From an uncultured delta proteobacterium (lineage in GTDB: Bacteria > Desulfobacterota > Syntrophia > Syntrophales > UBA2192), in assembly GCA_963705165.1 (NCBI GenBank), contig CAVPJD010000012.1:43577-107576 (forward strand): 64,000 nt of DNA. The letters run 5' to 3'. Each line of letters starts with the position of its first letter. Position 1 is the stretch's first letter. Below, one piece after another: positions 22,747-33,084 of this stretch. A program made the position numbers and the translations under genes. The notes under the pieces are model-generated. The model was not told the DNA's origin, searched no databases, and worked only from the letters and a program-made list of their open reading frames with translations.

Positions 22747-23217
22747 ATGCAGGGGTCCCTGAAATTCGAGAAATCCTTCGACGTGGAGGGCGGAAGCTTT
22801 CAGAACGCGGGCAACGTATCGGGCCAGATCAAGAGCGTCCTGAAAGACCTCGGCGTCCCGAAGGACATCGTGCGGAAGGTCGCCATCATCTGCTACGAAT
22901 CCGAGATCAACATCGTCTCCTATGCCAAGAAGGGGACGATCACCCTGGCCGTGACCGACGATGCCGTGAAAATAGAGACCAAGGATGAAGGGCCCGGCAT
23001 CCCGGATATCGACCTGGCCATGAAGGAGGGGTACTCCACGGCCACGGCTGCCGTCCGGGAGATGGGGTTCGGCGCCGGCATGGGGCTGGCGAACATGAAG
23101 AAATACTCCGACCAACTCATCATCACCTCCGAGGTGGGTGTCGGGACGTGCGTGACGATGACGGTGATGAATGTCCAGAAACTCCTTCACCCCGATCTGC
23201 CTCCCATCAACCTATAG
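22747..23217 (+). CDS. Anti-sigma regulatory factor / RsbT-like Ser/Thr kinase
   Basis: ESEINIV, DEGPGI, GYSTA, GFGAGMGL. Confidence 0.88.
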   Translation: MQGSLKFEKSFDVEGGSFQNAGNVSGQIKSVLKDLGVPKDIVRKVAIICYESEINIVSYAKKGTITLAVTDDAVKIETKDEGPGIPDIDLAMKEGYSTATAAVREMGFGAGMGLANMKKYSDQLIITSEVGVGTCVTMTVMNVQKLLHPDLPPINL

Positions 23218-23261
23218 GTCCGCGCGGCGGGCCCGCATGACTGAAACAGGAAGGAATGCAC

Positions 23262-23597
23262 ATGGAGCTCGAAACGCTCGTTCGTGAATTGAACCTCACG
23301 GTCTCCTGCGCCGCGGGAAGCCTCAAGCGGGAAGTCAAGGGGGGATACGTCGGGGACCTGCTCAGCGACGTCATGGCCAACAGCAAGGAAGGCGACATCT
23401 GGATCACCCGCCAGGTGCACCAGAACATCGTGGCCGTGGCAAGCCTCAAGGACCTCGCCGGGATCATCCTGATCCAGGGAAGCGAGCCCGCCCACGATAC
23501 GGCCGCCAAGGCCAATACCGAGGGCATCCCGATCCTCGTCACGGACCTGCCGGCCTTTGAGATCGTCGGCCAAATATATAAATTGATCAAGCCTTGA
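23262..23597 (+). CDS. DRTGG-domain protein
   Basis: GGYVGDLLSDVMA, WITRQVHQN. Confidence 0.85.
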   Translation: MELETLVRELNLTVSCAAGSLKREVKGGYVGDLLSDVMANSKEGDIWITRQVHQNIVAVASLKDLAGIILIQGSEPAHDTAAKANTEGIPILVTDLPAFEIVGQIYKLIKP

Positions 23598-23606
23598 ATT
23601 TGTAGT

Positions 23607-23641
23607 AAAGGAACGGGCCGGAAAGGGACGTTCCTTTTTTT
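23607..23641 (+). terminator. Possible intrinsic terminator
   Basis: AAAGGAACG...CGTTCCTTTTTTT. Confidence 0.45.
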
Positions 23642-23717
23642 GCGGGTCTCTCCATGGAGGCCCGCGGCAGCCCGTAACCGGGGGGGGAGCGGGAACAGCC
23701 CGCAAGGGGTTCCGCTG

Positions 23718-24455
23718 ATGATCAGGGAGTTCCGCTGTGATTTACACGTCCACACCTGTCTTTCGCCTTGTGCCGACCTCGACATGTACCCTCGTGCCGT
23801 TGTCGCCATGTCCCTTGCCCGCCGGCTCGACATCATCGCCATCTGCGACCACAACGCATCCGAAAATGTGCCCTATGTCATCAAGGCCGCAGAAAGGACG
23901 GGGCTCACCGTCTTTCCCGGCATGGAGATCATGAGCAGTGAAGAGGTGCACGTTCTCGCGCTCTTTGACAAGCCAGAACATCTAAACCCCTTGCAGGACC
24001 TCGTCTACCGGCACCTGCCCGGGAAAAACAACGAGGAGCTCTTCGGCTGCCAGGCCATCGTCAATGAACATGACGAGGTGGAGGGGCTGAGCGAGAGGTT
24101 CCTTATCGGGGCAACGACACTTCCCCTGCAGCGGATCGTCAGCGAGATCCACGGCCTCGGCGGGCTCGCCATCGCCGCCCACATCGACCGGGAAAGCTTC
24201 GGTGTCCTTGGGCAGCTCGGGTTTATCCCCGACGGTCTTGCCCTGGATGCCCTCGAGATCTCCCGCCGGACGGGAATCGTCGAAGCGCGGCGGCGCTACC
24301 CTGAGCTGGCGCGATTCCCGATGGTCGAGTCCTCCGATTCCCACATCATCACCGACATCGGAAAGGGGATCACGCGGGCTCTCATGGAGGAGGCCACAAC
24401 CTCAGAACTTCGGATGGCCTTCGAAAAGACAGGCGACCGCTGCATCCTGGAGTGA
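23718..24455 (+). CDS. PHP-domain phosphoesterase
   Basis: DLHVHTCLSPC, CDHN, AHIDR, SDSH. Confidence 0.9.
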   Translation: MIREFRCDLHVHTCLSPCADLDMYPRAVVAMSLARRLDIIAICDHNASENVPYVIKAAERTGLTVFPGMEIMSSEEVHVLALFDKPEHLNPLQDLVYRHLPGKNNEELFGCQAIVNEHDEVEGLSERFLIGATTLPLQRIVSEIHGLGGLAIAAHIDRESFGVLGQLGFIPDGLALDALEISRRTGIVEARRRYPELARFPMVESSDSHIITDIGKGITRALMEEATTSELRMAFEKTGDRCILE

Positions 24456-24459
24456 GAGA

Positions 24460-25008
24460 GTGCTCGAGCTGGCGCTTCACATCCTGGACATCGTCGAGAA
24501 CTCCGTCCGCGCCGGGGCGACGCGGATTCGCATCGCGATCCGGGAAATCACGGCGGAGGACCTCTTCCTGATGCGGATCACGGACAACGGAAAGGGGATG
24601 ACCCCGGAAGAGTGCGAGAGGGCCCTGGACCCCTTCTTCACGACAAAGAAAGTCCGGCGGGTAGGCCTGGGGCTCCCGATGCTCTCCGATGCGGCGTCAA
24701 GAACGGGCGGGCAGATGACCCTGCGATCGAAGCCGCAAACGGGGACGGTGGTCACGGCGGTGTTCGGCCTGAGCCACATCGACCGGCAGCCCATGGGAGA
24801 TATCGCGTCCACGCTGATCGCGATCATCGCGGGAAACCCCGGAAGCGACTTGATCTACCGACACGAGGTGGACGGCAGGACCTACCTGCTGGACACGAGA
24901 GAGTTAAAAAAAGAATTGGAGGATGTTCCGCTGAGTCACCCCGAAGTCACTCGCTTTCTCCGTGAGCACATCACGGAGGGCTTGAGCGCCATCGGGGCGA
25001 TGGCGTGA
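24460..25008 (+). CDS. Histidine kinase-like ATPase (HATPase_c)
   Basis: ELALHILDIVENS, DNGKGM, DPFFTT, GLGL, HIDRQPMG. Confidence 0.88.
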   Translation: MLELALHILDIVENSVRAGATRIRIAIREITAEDLFLMRITDNGKGMTPEECERALDPFFTTKKVRRVGLGLPMLSDAASRTGGQMTLRSKPQTGTVVTAVFGLSHIDRQPMGDIASTLIAIIAGNPGSDLIYRHEVDGRTYLLDTRELKKELEDVPLSHPEVTRFLREHITEGLSAIGAMA

Positions 25009-25036
25009 CACCTCCCAGAGAGAGGAGACAGGTTTC

Positions 25037-25531
25037 ATGAAGAACGGCAACAGCGATTTGCTCAAAGAGTTCACCGCCGAGCAGGTGGCAAAGCTGGACG
25101 GGATCATCGCCCGCTTCAAGGGAAAGCCCGGCGGTCTCATCCCCGTCCTGGAGGAGGCCCAGGTCATCCTTGAGTACCTCCCCATCCCGATCCAGAAGAG
25201 GATCGCCGCAGGCCTGAACCTGCCGCTGGCACAGGTCTACGGGGTCGTCACCTTCTACTCATTGTTCACCATGAAGCCGCGCGGGCGCCACACGGTACGG
25301 GTCTGCCTCGGGACGGCCTGCTACGTCCGCGGCGGCAAGGCCATCGCGGAGAATATCGCGAGAGCGTACAACGTCGAGGAGGGGGAGACGACGGCAGACC
25401 GGCGCTTCACCTACGAGACGATCCGCTGTCTCGGCGCCTGCGGTCTGGCCCCGGTCATCGTGGTGGATGAAAATGTCCACGGCCGGGTGAAGACGCAGAA
25501 GATGAAATCGGTTCTGGATGACTACCAATAA
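25037..25531 (+). CDS. NuoE/HydC-like [2Fe-2S] subunit
   Basis: VCLGTAC ... CLGAC. Confidence 0.92.
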   Translation: MKNGNSDLLKEFTAEQVAKLDGIIARFKGKPGGLIPVLEEAQVILEYLPIPIQKRIAAGLNLPLAQVYGVVTFYSLFTMKPRGRHTVRVCLGTACYVRGGKAIAENIARAYNVEEGETTADRRFTYETIRCLGACGLAPVIVVDENVHGRVKTQKMKSVLDDYQ

Positions 25532-25532
25532 C

Positions 25533-25565
25533 GGGTACCGGGTACAGGGTATAGGGTACAGGGTA
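25533..25565. repeat. GGGTACA heptamer tandem array
   Basis: About five units directly after the stop codon. Confidence 0.8.
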
Positions 25566-25639
25566 AGAACAAAAAATCGGATCATCCTGACCTTTCATCC
25601 CGCACCTGCCGCCCCGAGCCTTGAAATGAGGTAAGCACG

Positions 25640-26023
25640 ATGTCGAAATTGAAGATTGAAGATCTCAAGAAGATCAAGGAGAAGGTCCACGCCCAGACGG
25701 CCCTGCGCGAGGGCGGGCAGCGGGGCAAGGTGACCGTACACATGGGAACCTGCGGCATCGCCTCGGGCGCCCGCGAGGTGCTCAATGCCCTCATGCGCAC
25801 AATCGAGGAGGCCGGCGTGTCGGACGTCAACGTCACCACGTCGGGATGCATGGGACTGTGCAGCCGCGAGCCCCTCGTCACCGTCGAGCTTCTCGGCAAG
25901 GAACCCATCAAATACGAGAAGATGGACGAAAAGAAAATGCGACAGGTGTTCAAGCGACACGTAATGGAAGGAGAGATCCAGACGCCCTTCGTGCTTGCGA
26001 AGGGGGCTGAGATCGTTCGTTAG
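25640..26023 (+). CDS. Thioredoxin-like [2Fe-2S] ferredoxin subunit (HndB/HydD-like)
   Basis: MGTCGIASGA, GCMGLCSREP. Confidence 0.85.
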   Translation: MSKLKIEDLKKIKEKVHAQTALREGGQRGKVTVHMGTCGIASGAREVLNALMRTIEEAGVSDVNVTTSGCMGLCSREPLVTVELLGKEPIKYEKMDEKKMRQVFKRHVMEGEIQTPFVLAKGAEIVR

Positions 26024-26080
26024 GGGTGAGGGAACAACCATTCCCTGCCGGGGAAATTTTCCAGGGGAGGATCAAATTCA

Positions 26081-29000
26081 ATGAAAGTATTTCGATCGCA
26101 TTTACTGGTCTGTGGGGGGACAGGCTGTCACGCATCCGGTAGCATCGCGGTCAAGAAAGCCCTCGTTGACGAACTCAACAATAGGGGCCTTGCCGAAGAG
26201 ATCAAGGTCGTCGAGACAGGATGCAACGGCTTCTGCGCCCAGGGGCCCATGATGGTCGTCTACCCCGAAGGCATCATCTATATGAACATTCAGACGGCCG
26301 ACGTGCCCGTGCTCGTGGAAGAGCACTTCGTCAAGGGGCGTCCCGTCGAGAGGCTGTTCTACAGGGAGCCGGGCAAAGAGGATCGGATCCCCTCCATGCA
26401 GGAGATCCCCTTCTTCGCCCTGCAGGACCTCCGGGTTCTGCGCAACCGCGGTCTCATCGACCCCGAGAACATCGAGGAATACATCGCCCGGGACGGCTAC
26501 GCCGGCATGGCCAGGGCCCTCACCGAGATGACCCCCGAGCAGATCGTGCAGGAAGTCCTCAAGTCGGGCCTTCGCGGTCGCGGCGGCGCAGGGTTCCCGA
26601 CGGGCCTCAAGTGGCAGTTCGCCCAGCGCTCGCCCGGGGATGTGAAGTACGTGCTCTGCAACGCCGACGAGGGCGACCCCGGGGCCTTCATGGACCGCAG
26701 TGTCCTCGAAGCGGACCCGCACGCGGTACTCGAGGGCATGGTGATCGCCGCCAAGGCGATCGGCTCGGGCCACGGCTACATCTACTGCCGCGCCGAGTAC
26801 CCGCTGGCAATCCACCGCCTCAACGTGGCCCTCGGACAGGCCCGCGAGATGGGCCTGCTGGGCAAGGACATCCTGGGGACGGGCTTCGACTTCGACATCG
26901 AGATCTACCAGGGCGCAGGCGCCTTCGTCTGCGGCGAGGAGACGGCGCTGATGACCTCCATCGAGGGCAAGCGCGGCATGCCGCGGCCCCGGCCTCCCTT
27001 CCCCGCCGTGGCGGGCCTCTGGGCCAAGCCCAGCGTGCTCAACAACGTGGAAACGCTCGCCAACATCGGCCAGATCATCCTGCGCGGCGGCGAGTGGTAT
27101 GCCAGTGTGGGCACCGAGCGATCCAAGGGCACGAAGGTCTTCGCGCTCACGGGCGACGTGAACAACGTGGGCCTCGTGGAAGTGCCCATGGGGACAACCC
27201 TCGGGGCGATCGTCTTCGACATCGGCGGCGGCATCCCCGGCGGCAAGAAGTTCAAGGCCGCCCAGCTTGGCGGGCCCTCGGGCGGCTGTATTCCCGTCCA
27301 GCACCTCAACGCCTCCGTCGACTACGAAAAGGTCGCCGAGCTGGGCGCCATCATGGGCTCCGGCGGCCTCATCGTCATGAACGAGGACAAGTGCGCCGTC
27401 GACATGGCGCGCTTCTTCATGGACTTCTGCCAGGACGAGTCCTGCGGCAAGTGCAACCCCTGCCGCGAGGGCACGAAGCGCATGCTCGAAATCCTGACCA
27501 ACATCTGCACGGGCAAGGGGAAGGAAAGCGACCTCGACCTGCTGGAGTCGATGGCCTCCGTCATCAAGGACGCCTCACTGTGCGGCCTCGGCCAGACGGC
27601 CCCGAACCCGGTGCTGTCGACCATCCGCTATTTCCGCGATGAATACATGGAGCACATCCGCGACAAGAAGTGCCGCGCCGCCGTCTGCTCGGCCCTTTTC
27701 AAGTCGCCCTGCCAGCACACCTGCCCCATCGGGATGGACATCCCGGCCTACACGGCGCTCATCCGCGACGATCGCCTGACGGACGCCTACAAGGTGCTGC
27801 TGAAGACCAACCCCTTCCCGTCGGCCTGCGGCCGGGTCTGCGACCACCAGTGCATGTCCAAGTGCCGCCGCGGCCTGCTGGACGAGCCGGTCTCCATCAA
27901 GTTCCTGAAGCGCTACATCACCGACCAGGCGCCGAGACCCGAGATCAAGCCCGTCCCGGTCACCCGCAAGGAGAAGATCGCCGTGATCGGCGCGGGTCCC
28001 GCAGGACTCACCTGCGCGAGGGATCTCGCGCTTCGCGGCTACCGCGTCACGGTATTCGAGGAGCTTCCCACACCGGGCGGCATGCTCAGCTGGGGCATCC
28101 CCTCGTACCGGCTGCCGCGGGAGATCCTCGGCAAGGAAATCGACGACATCCGCAAGCTCGGCGTCGAGATCAAGTGCGGGGTCCGGGTGGGGCGTGACAT
28201 CCCCTGGGATGCCGTGAACAAGGACTTTGACATCGTCTACCTCGCGCCGGGCGCCCACAAGAGCCAGCGGATGGGCGTCGAGGGCGAGGACCTCAAGGGC
28301 GTCTGGGGTGGAGTCGAGTTCCTGCGTGACTTCAACGGCGACGAGGAAGGCTGGAAGAGCGGCAAGAAATCGCTCGGCTCCAGGGTTGCCGTCATCGGCG
28401 GCGGAAACTCCGCCATCGACGCGGCCCGCACGGCGCTCAGGCTCGGGGCCGAGGTGACCATCCTCTACCGGCGCCTTCGCGAGGACATGCCCGCCGCCGA
28501 GGAGGAGATCGTGGCGGCCGAGCACGAAGGGATCAAGATCGAGTACCTCATCGCTCCGCTTCGCATCATCGGATCGGGCGGGCGGGTTACGGGGATCGAG
28601 TGCCTGCGGCAAAAACTCGGCGACTTCGACTCGAGCGGGCGCAAACGGCCCGTGGCCATCAAGGGCTCCGAGTTCACCCTCGCCGTGGATACCATCATCG
28701 CCGCCATCGGCCAGGCCCCGGATCTGACCTTCGTGCCGAAGGAAAGCGGGGTTGCCGTCAACAAGTGGTCCTGCTTCGACGTGGCCACCAACGGCTTCCG
28801 AACCGGGACGACGAACCCGAAGTTCTTCGCCGGCGGCGACGCCGTCACGGGGCCCAGCACGGTCATCAAGGCCATCGCAGCGGGTCACGAGGCGGCCGAC
28901 GACATCGACGCCTCGATCCGGAAGCGCAACGGCGAGCCTGCCTGGGTAGCCCCTCCCGAGGAGGAGATCCACATCCCCTTCGTCATCGACGAGGATACGG

Positions 29001-29140
29001 AGGAGTGCCCCATGGCCCACATGCCGGAGCTGGAGGCCTCCCTGAGGAAGGCGAATTTCCAGGAAGTCGAGCTCGGCTACGCCAGGGATCTCGCCGTAAA
29101 GGAGTCGATCCGCTGCCTGCGCTGCGATGTGGAGCTGTAA
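26081..29140 (+). CDS. NuoF/HydB-like FMN-NADH subunit fused to a GltD/NfnB-like FAD-NADPH oxidoreductase domain
   Basis: GLRGRGGAGFP, CNADEGDPG, FVCGEETAL, ESCGKCNPC; then CQHTCP, CGRVC, GAGPAG, GGGNSA, YRR. Confidence 0.92.
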   Translation: MKVFRSHLLVCGGTGCHASGSIAVKKALVDELNNRGLAEEIKVVETGCNGFCAQGPMMVVYPEGIIYMNIQTADVPVLVEEHFVKGRPVERLFYREPGKEDRIPSMQEIPFFALQDLRVLRNRGLIDPENIEEYIARDGYAGMARALTEMTPEQIVQEVLKSGLRGRGGAGFPTGLKWQFAQRSPGDVKYVLCNADEGDPGAFMDRSVLEADPHAVLEGMVIAAKAIGSGHGYIYCRAEYPLAIHRLNVALGQAREMGLLGKDILGTGFDFDIEIYQGAGAFVCGEETALMTSIEGKRGMPRPRPPFPAVAGLWAKPSVLNNVETLANIGQIILRGGEWYASVGTERSKGTKVFALTGDVNNVGLVEVPMGTTLGAIVFDIGGGIPGGKKFKAAQLGGPSGGCIPVQHLNASVDYEKVAELGAIMGSGGLIVMNEDKCAVDMARFFMDFCQDESCGKCNPCREGTKRMLEILTNICTGKGKESDLDLLESMASVIKDASLCGLGQTAPNPVLSTIRYFRDEYMEHIRDKKCRAAVCSALFKSPCQHTCPIGMDIPAYTALIRDDRLTDAYKVLLKTNPFPSACGRVCDHQCMSKCRRGLLDEPVSIKFLKRYITDQAPRPEIKPVPVTRKEKIAVIGAGPAGLTCARDLALRGYRVTVFEELPTPGGMLSWGIPSYRLPREILGKEIDDIRKLGVEIKCGVRVGRDIPWDAVNKDFDIVYLAPGAHKSQRMGVEGEDLKGVWGGVEFLRDFNGDEEGWKSGKKSLGSRVAVIGGGNSAIDAARTALRLGAEVTILYRRLREDMPAAEEEIVAAEHEGIKIEYLIAPLRIIGSGGRVTGIECLRQKLGDFDSSGRKRPVAIKGSEFTLAVDTIIAAIGQAPDLTFVPKESGVAVNKWSCFDVATNGFRTGTTNPKFFAGGDAVTGPSTVIKAIAAGHEAADDIDASIRKRNGEPAWVAPPEEEIHIPFVIDEDTEECPMAHMPELEASLRKANFQEVELGYARDLAVKESIRCLRCDVEL

Positions 29141-29212
29141 ATGAAACGGCAACACCGGCGGCACGGGCCGCCGGTGCCCCCGCGTAACGGTTGAGAAAAG
29201 GAGAAGCGAGAG

Positions 29213-30997
29213 ATGGCTAGAATACGAGTTATCATAAACGGCCGAGAGGTCCTTGCGCAGCTGGGCGTTACGATTCTCGAGGCCGCCATCCAGGCGGGCA
29301 TCGACATCCCGACGCTCTGTCACCATCGCGCGTTGATGCCGATCGGGGCCTGCCGGATATGCGTCGTCGAAGTCAAAGGACAGCGGAACCTCCAAGCGGC
29401 CTGCGCGTTCCCGATTTCAGAAGGCATGGAAATCGAGACGGAGTCCCCGCGGGTGGTGTCCGCCCGCAAGCTCATCCTCGACATGCTGTTTTCCGAGCGG
29501 AATCACTACTGTCCGTTCTGCGAGATCAGCGGTGACTGCGAACTGCAGAATCTCGGGTATCGCTACGGGATCGACCACTGGATTTATCCGACCTACACGA
29601 AGGCATTCCCTGTGGATGCCACGCGCAAGTACTTCGTCATGGAACAGAACCGCTGCGTTCTCTGCCAGCGTTGCGCACGGGCCTGTGGCGAGCTGGTGGC
29701 CAACCACACCCTGGGGCTGCGTGATCGCGGCGCCGAGTCGATGATCCACGCCGATGCCAATGTGCCCTTCGGCGAGTCGACCTGCATTTCCTGCGGCACC
29801 TGCATGCAGGTCTGCCCCACGGGTTCGCTCGTCGACCGCAGGAGCTCCTTCATGGGCCGCGGCGACCAGACGGAGCGCGTCAAGAGCGTCTGCAACCGAT
29901 GCAGCGTCGGCTGCGGAACGACGATCGTGACGCGGGGCGGCAACGTCCTTCGCATCGAGGGCGACTGGGACGCAACGGTCAACCGCGGGCTTCTCTGCAA
30001 AAGAGGCCGCTTCGACCCGCTCTACGACGAGCGAACGCGAATCACCCAGCCCATGCTGCGCCGGAAGGGAAGACTCGAGCCGGCAAGCTGGAACGACGCG
30101 ATCAAGGCCATCGCCAAGCGAATCGACGATACCGAGGCCAAGGAGATCGGGTTGCTGGTGTCGGGCGATGCGACCAACGAGGCGCTGTACCTCGCCGGCC
30201 GCCTGTTTCTGAAGGAACTGCGCTCCAAGAATATAGGCCTGCTCTCCGGCGCCGCTCCCGAATGGATCGGCAAGAAACCGGGCACCTTCGAAGACCTCAT
30301 CGGCAGCAACATGATCCTCCTGGTCGGCGCAAACCCCGCGCAGGATCAGCCCGTTGCATCGTTCAGGATCAAGCGGCTCGTCGACAAGGGGATGCGGCTG
30401 GTCGTAGTCGACGACGGGGAAAACGGGCTTGCCCCCTTTGCCGAAACGACCCTGAAGCTTGCGGACATCGGCAAGGCCATCGAGATCGCCGACGCCGTCG
30501 AGAACGTGACCGTACTCTACGGGACAGGCCTCACCGAGAAGGCGGCCAAGTCCCTGAAGAAACTCGGGAAGAAATCCCGCTTCGTAGCCCTTGAGCCCGG
30601 CGTCAACACGCGGGCCGCCCTGTCATTCGGAATGCACAACGGCTTCAAGGCATCCGCCGCCAAGGTGCTCTATGTCCTTCTGGGCGAGCAGGACTGGGAC
30701 GGGGGCGATCTCCTGAAAAAGGCCGGCGAAGACGCCTTCATCGTTGTGCAGGCCAGCTACTCCTCGCCGATCATCGACAGGGCCGACGTGGTGCTCCCGG
30801 CGGCCATCGGGTCGGAGCGGACCGGCTCCCTGACCAACACGGAGGGCTCCATACGGACGGCCTACCGGGCCGTAGAGCCCGAAGGGGAAGCCAAGCCGGA
30901 CTGGGAAATCCTTTCTCTGCTGGCCGACAAACTGGGGAAAAACCTCGGCGCATCCTTCGATGAGATATCGGCCCGCGCCGCCAAGGAATTGAAGTGA
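29213..30997 (+). CDS. NuoG/HydA-like Fe-S subunit with molybdopterin-oxidoreductase-like C-terminal fold and no H-cluster
   Basis: IPTLC, CRICVV, HYCPFC, two ferredoxin motifs, CNRCSVGC...LC, ADVVLP. Confidence 0.88.
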   Translation: MARIRVIINGREVLAQLGVTILEAAIQAGIDIPTLCHHRALMPIGACRICVVEVKGQRNLQAACAFPISEGMEIETESPRVVSARKLILDMLFSERNHYCPFCEISGDCELQNLGYRYGIDHWIYPTYTKAFPVDATRKYFVMEQNRCVLCQRCARACGELVANHTLGLRDRGAESMIHADANVPFGESTCISCGTCMQVCPTGSLVDRRSSFMGRGDQTERVKSVCNRCSVGCGTTIVTRGGNVLRIEGDWDATVNRGLLCKRGRFDPLYDERTRITQPMLRRKGRLEPASWNDAIKAIAKRIDDTEAKEIGLLVSGDATNEALYLAGRLFLKELRSKNIGLLSGAAPEWIGKKPGTFEDLIGSNMILLVGANPAQDQPVASFRIKRLVDKGMRLVVVDDGENGLAPFAETTLKLADIGKAIEIADAVENVTVLYGTGLTEKAAKSLKKLGKKSRFVALEPGVNTRAALSFGMHNGFKASAAKVLYVLLGEQDWDGGDLLKKAGEDAFIVVQASYSSPIIDRADVVLPAAIGSERTGSLTNTEGSIRTAYRAVEPEGEAKPDWEILSLLADKLGKNLGASFDEISARAAKELK

Positions 30998-31011
30998 AAG
31001 GAGACTCATCC

Positions 31012-31557
31012 ATGTCAAAAATCAAGATCGCCACGGACTGGCTGGCCGGATGCGCCGGATGCCACATGTCCCTTCTGGACATCGACGAACGCATCCTCCC
31101 GCTGCTGGAGCTGGTTGAATTCACATCGAGCCCGGTTACGGACCTGAAGCACCCGCCGAAGGAAGGCGTGACCGTGGGTATCCTCGAGGGCGCCATCTGC
31201 AATTCCCACAATGTGGAAGTCGCCAAGCAGATGCGCGAGCGCTGCCAGATCCTGATTGCCATCGGCGACTGCGCCACCTTCGGCGGTGTGCCGGCCATGC
31301 GAAATCTCTGCGGCACGAAGGAGGCGCTGAAGCGCGCGTACCTGGAGGCGGAAAGCAACGTGGGCGGCCTCATCCCGGACTCCCCGGAGCTCGGCACGCC
31401 CCTGGACGAGGTCGTCGGCATCGACAAGGTGGTGAAGGTCGACCTGTTCATCCCCGGGTGCCCCCCGAGCGCCGACGCGCTCTTCTATGCGCTCTCGGAG
31501 CTGCTCGCAGGGCGCACACCCATCGTGTTGCCGCCCCAATACTTCAAGTACGACTAG
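31012..31557 (+). CDS. hoxY: [NiFe]-hydrogenase small subunit (HoxY-like)
   Basis: CAGC, GDCA, PGCPP; short single-cluster form. Confidence 0.88.
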   Translation: MSKIKIATDWLAGCAGCHMSLLDIDERILPLLELVEFTSSPVTDLKHPPKEGVTVGILEGAICNSHNVEVAKQMRERCQILIAIGDCATFGGVPAMRNLCGTKEALKRAYLEAESNVGGLIPDSPELGTPLDEVVGIDKVVKVDLFIPGCPPSADALFYALSELLAGRTPIVLPPQYFKYD

Positions 31558-31569
31558 AGGAGGACAGCC

Positions 31570-33000
31570 ATGAGCGCTCGCAAGATAACCATCGAACCCG
31601 TGACAAGAATCGAGGGTCACGGGCGTGTCACGATCCATCTGAACGAACAGGGGGAGGTCGAGCAGACCTTCTTCCACGTGGACGAGTTCCGCGGGCTGGA
31701 GAAGTTCTCCGAGGGTCGCCCCTATCTCGAGATGCCTCAGATCACCCAGCGCATCTGCGGCATCTGCCCGGTGAGCCACCACCTGGCGGCCGCCAAGGCC
31801 TGCGACGGTGTCGCCCGGGTGGAGCCTCCCCGGCCGGCAAAGCTTTTACGCGAGCTGATCCACATGGGCCAGATCATCCAGTCGCACGGGATGCATTTCT
31901 TCCATCTGGCCGCGCCGGATCTTCTCCTTGGATTCGACGCCGATCCTAAAGATCGCAACGTCTTCGGGATCATCAAGGCAAACCCGGAGCTGGCCGTCAA
32001 GGCCGTCCACCTGCGCCGCTACGGCCAGCAGATCATTTCGCGGCTCGGGGGCGGCAAGCGCATACACCCCAACCTCTGTGTTCCCGGCGGGGTCAACGCA
32101 CCCCTGACGAGCGCGGACCGCGACGCCATCGCCGCCGAACTCGATGGCATGACCGAGATCGGAAAGATTGCGCTCAGCGTCGCGCGGGGCTGGCTGGAGT
32201 CCAACAAGGCGCTCGCCGACATGTTTGCGTCGTTCCCCTCCAACTACATGGGGCTCGTTGACGAGGAAGGCGGACTGCAGCTCTACGACGGCGAGATCCG
32301 CGTCAAGGACGCCGACGGCAAGTACCTCGCCCAGTTCAAGTCGGAGGCCTACCTCTCCCACATCGGGGAGCACGTGGAGCCCTGGTCGTTCCTCAAGCAC
32401 CCCTTCTACCGCAAGCAGGGCTTCCCGCAGGGCTTCTATCGAGTAGGCCCCCTGGGGCGCATGAACGTCATCGACAAGATCGGCACGCCCCTGGCCAACG
32501 AAGAGTTCAAGCAGTTCAGGACGATCAACAGCGGCAAGCCCGTCGAAGGGTCCCTCTATTACCACTACGCCCGGATGATCGAGCTGCTCTACAGCCTCGA
32601 GCGCGTCGGCCAGCTGCTGGACGACCCGGACATCCTCTCCAAGGACGTCCGCAACTATCCGAAGCTGCAGCTTCCCGGACAGGGCGTCGGCGTGATCGAA
32701 GCCCCCCGCGGGACGCTGATCCACGACTACAGCACCGATGAGAACGGCATCCTGACGAGGGTGAACCTCATCGTGGCCACGGGCAACAACAACTGGGCCA
32801 TGCACACGGCGTCGGGGGCGGTGGCGAAGGCCTTCGTGAACGGCAACAAACTCACCGAGGGCATGCTCAACCGGGTCGAGGCGGCTATCCGCTGCTATGA
32901 CCCGTGCCTGTCCTGCGCCACCCACGCCATCGGCAAGATGCCGCTGGAAATCACGCTGATGGCCGCGGACGGGACCGAGCTGGACCGCATCGCACGCTGA
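31570..33000 (+). CDS. hoxH: [NiFe]-hydrogenase large subunit (group 3, HoxH-like)
   Basis: TRIEGH, L1 RICGIC, L2 DPCLSCATH with C-terminal extension. Confidence 0.93.
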   Translation: MSARKITIEPVTRIEGHGRVTIHLNEQGEVEQTFFHVDEFRGLEKFSEGRPYLEMPQITQRICGICPVSHHLAAAKACDGVARVEPPRPAKLLRELIHMGQIIQSHGMHFFHLAAPDLLLGFDADPKDRNVFGIIKANPELAVKAVHLRRYGQQIISRLGGGKRIHPNLCVPGGVNAPLTSADRDAIAAELDGMTEIGKIALSVARGWLESNKALADMFASFPSNYMGLVDEEGGLQLYDGEIRVKDADGKYLAQFKSEAYLSHIGEHVEPWSFLKHPFYRKQGFPQGFYRVGPLGRMNVIDKIGTPLANEEFKQFRTINSGKPVEGSLYYHYARMIELLYSLERVGQLLDDPDILSKDVRNYPKLQLPGQGVGVIEAPRGTLIHDYSTDENGILTRVNLIVATGNNNWAMHTASGAVAKAFVNGNKLTEGMLNRVEAAIRCYDPCLSCATHAIGKMPLEITLMAADGTELDRIAR

Positions 33001-33024
33001 TTTCAAATCCTGCAAAGCAAAAGA

Positions 33025-33055
33025 AAGCGGGTGAACGCAACGCGTTCACCCGCTT
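33025..33055 (+). terminator. Stem-loop after large subunit gene
   Basis: Perfect 14-bp stem AAGCGGGTGAACGC-AAC-GCGTTCACCCGCTT. Confidence 0.6.
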
Positions 33056-33084
33056 CTCCATTCTGACATCACAGGAAGACCCCG

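Noticed and set aside
29213..30997. Formate dehydrogenase alpha or [FeFe] catalytic subunit
   Set aside because: No H-cluster motifs, no evident Mo-ligand Cys/Sec segment, and the domain is shortened
31570..33000. [NiFeSe] hydrogenase
   Set aside because: L2 motif is DPCLSC with Cys codons and no in-frame TGA
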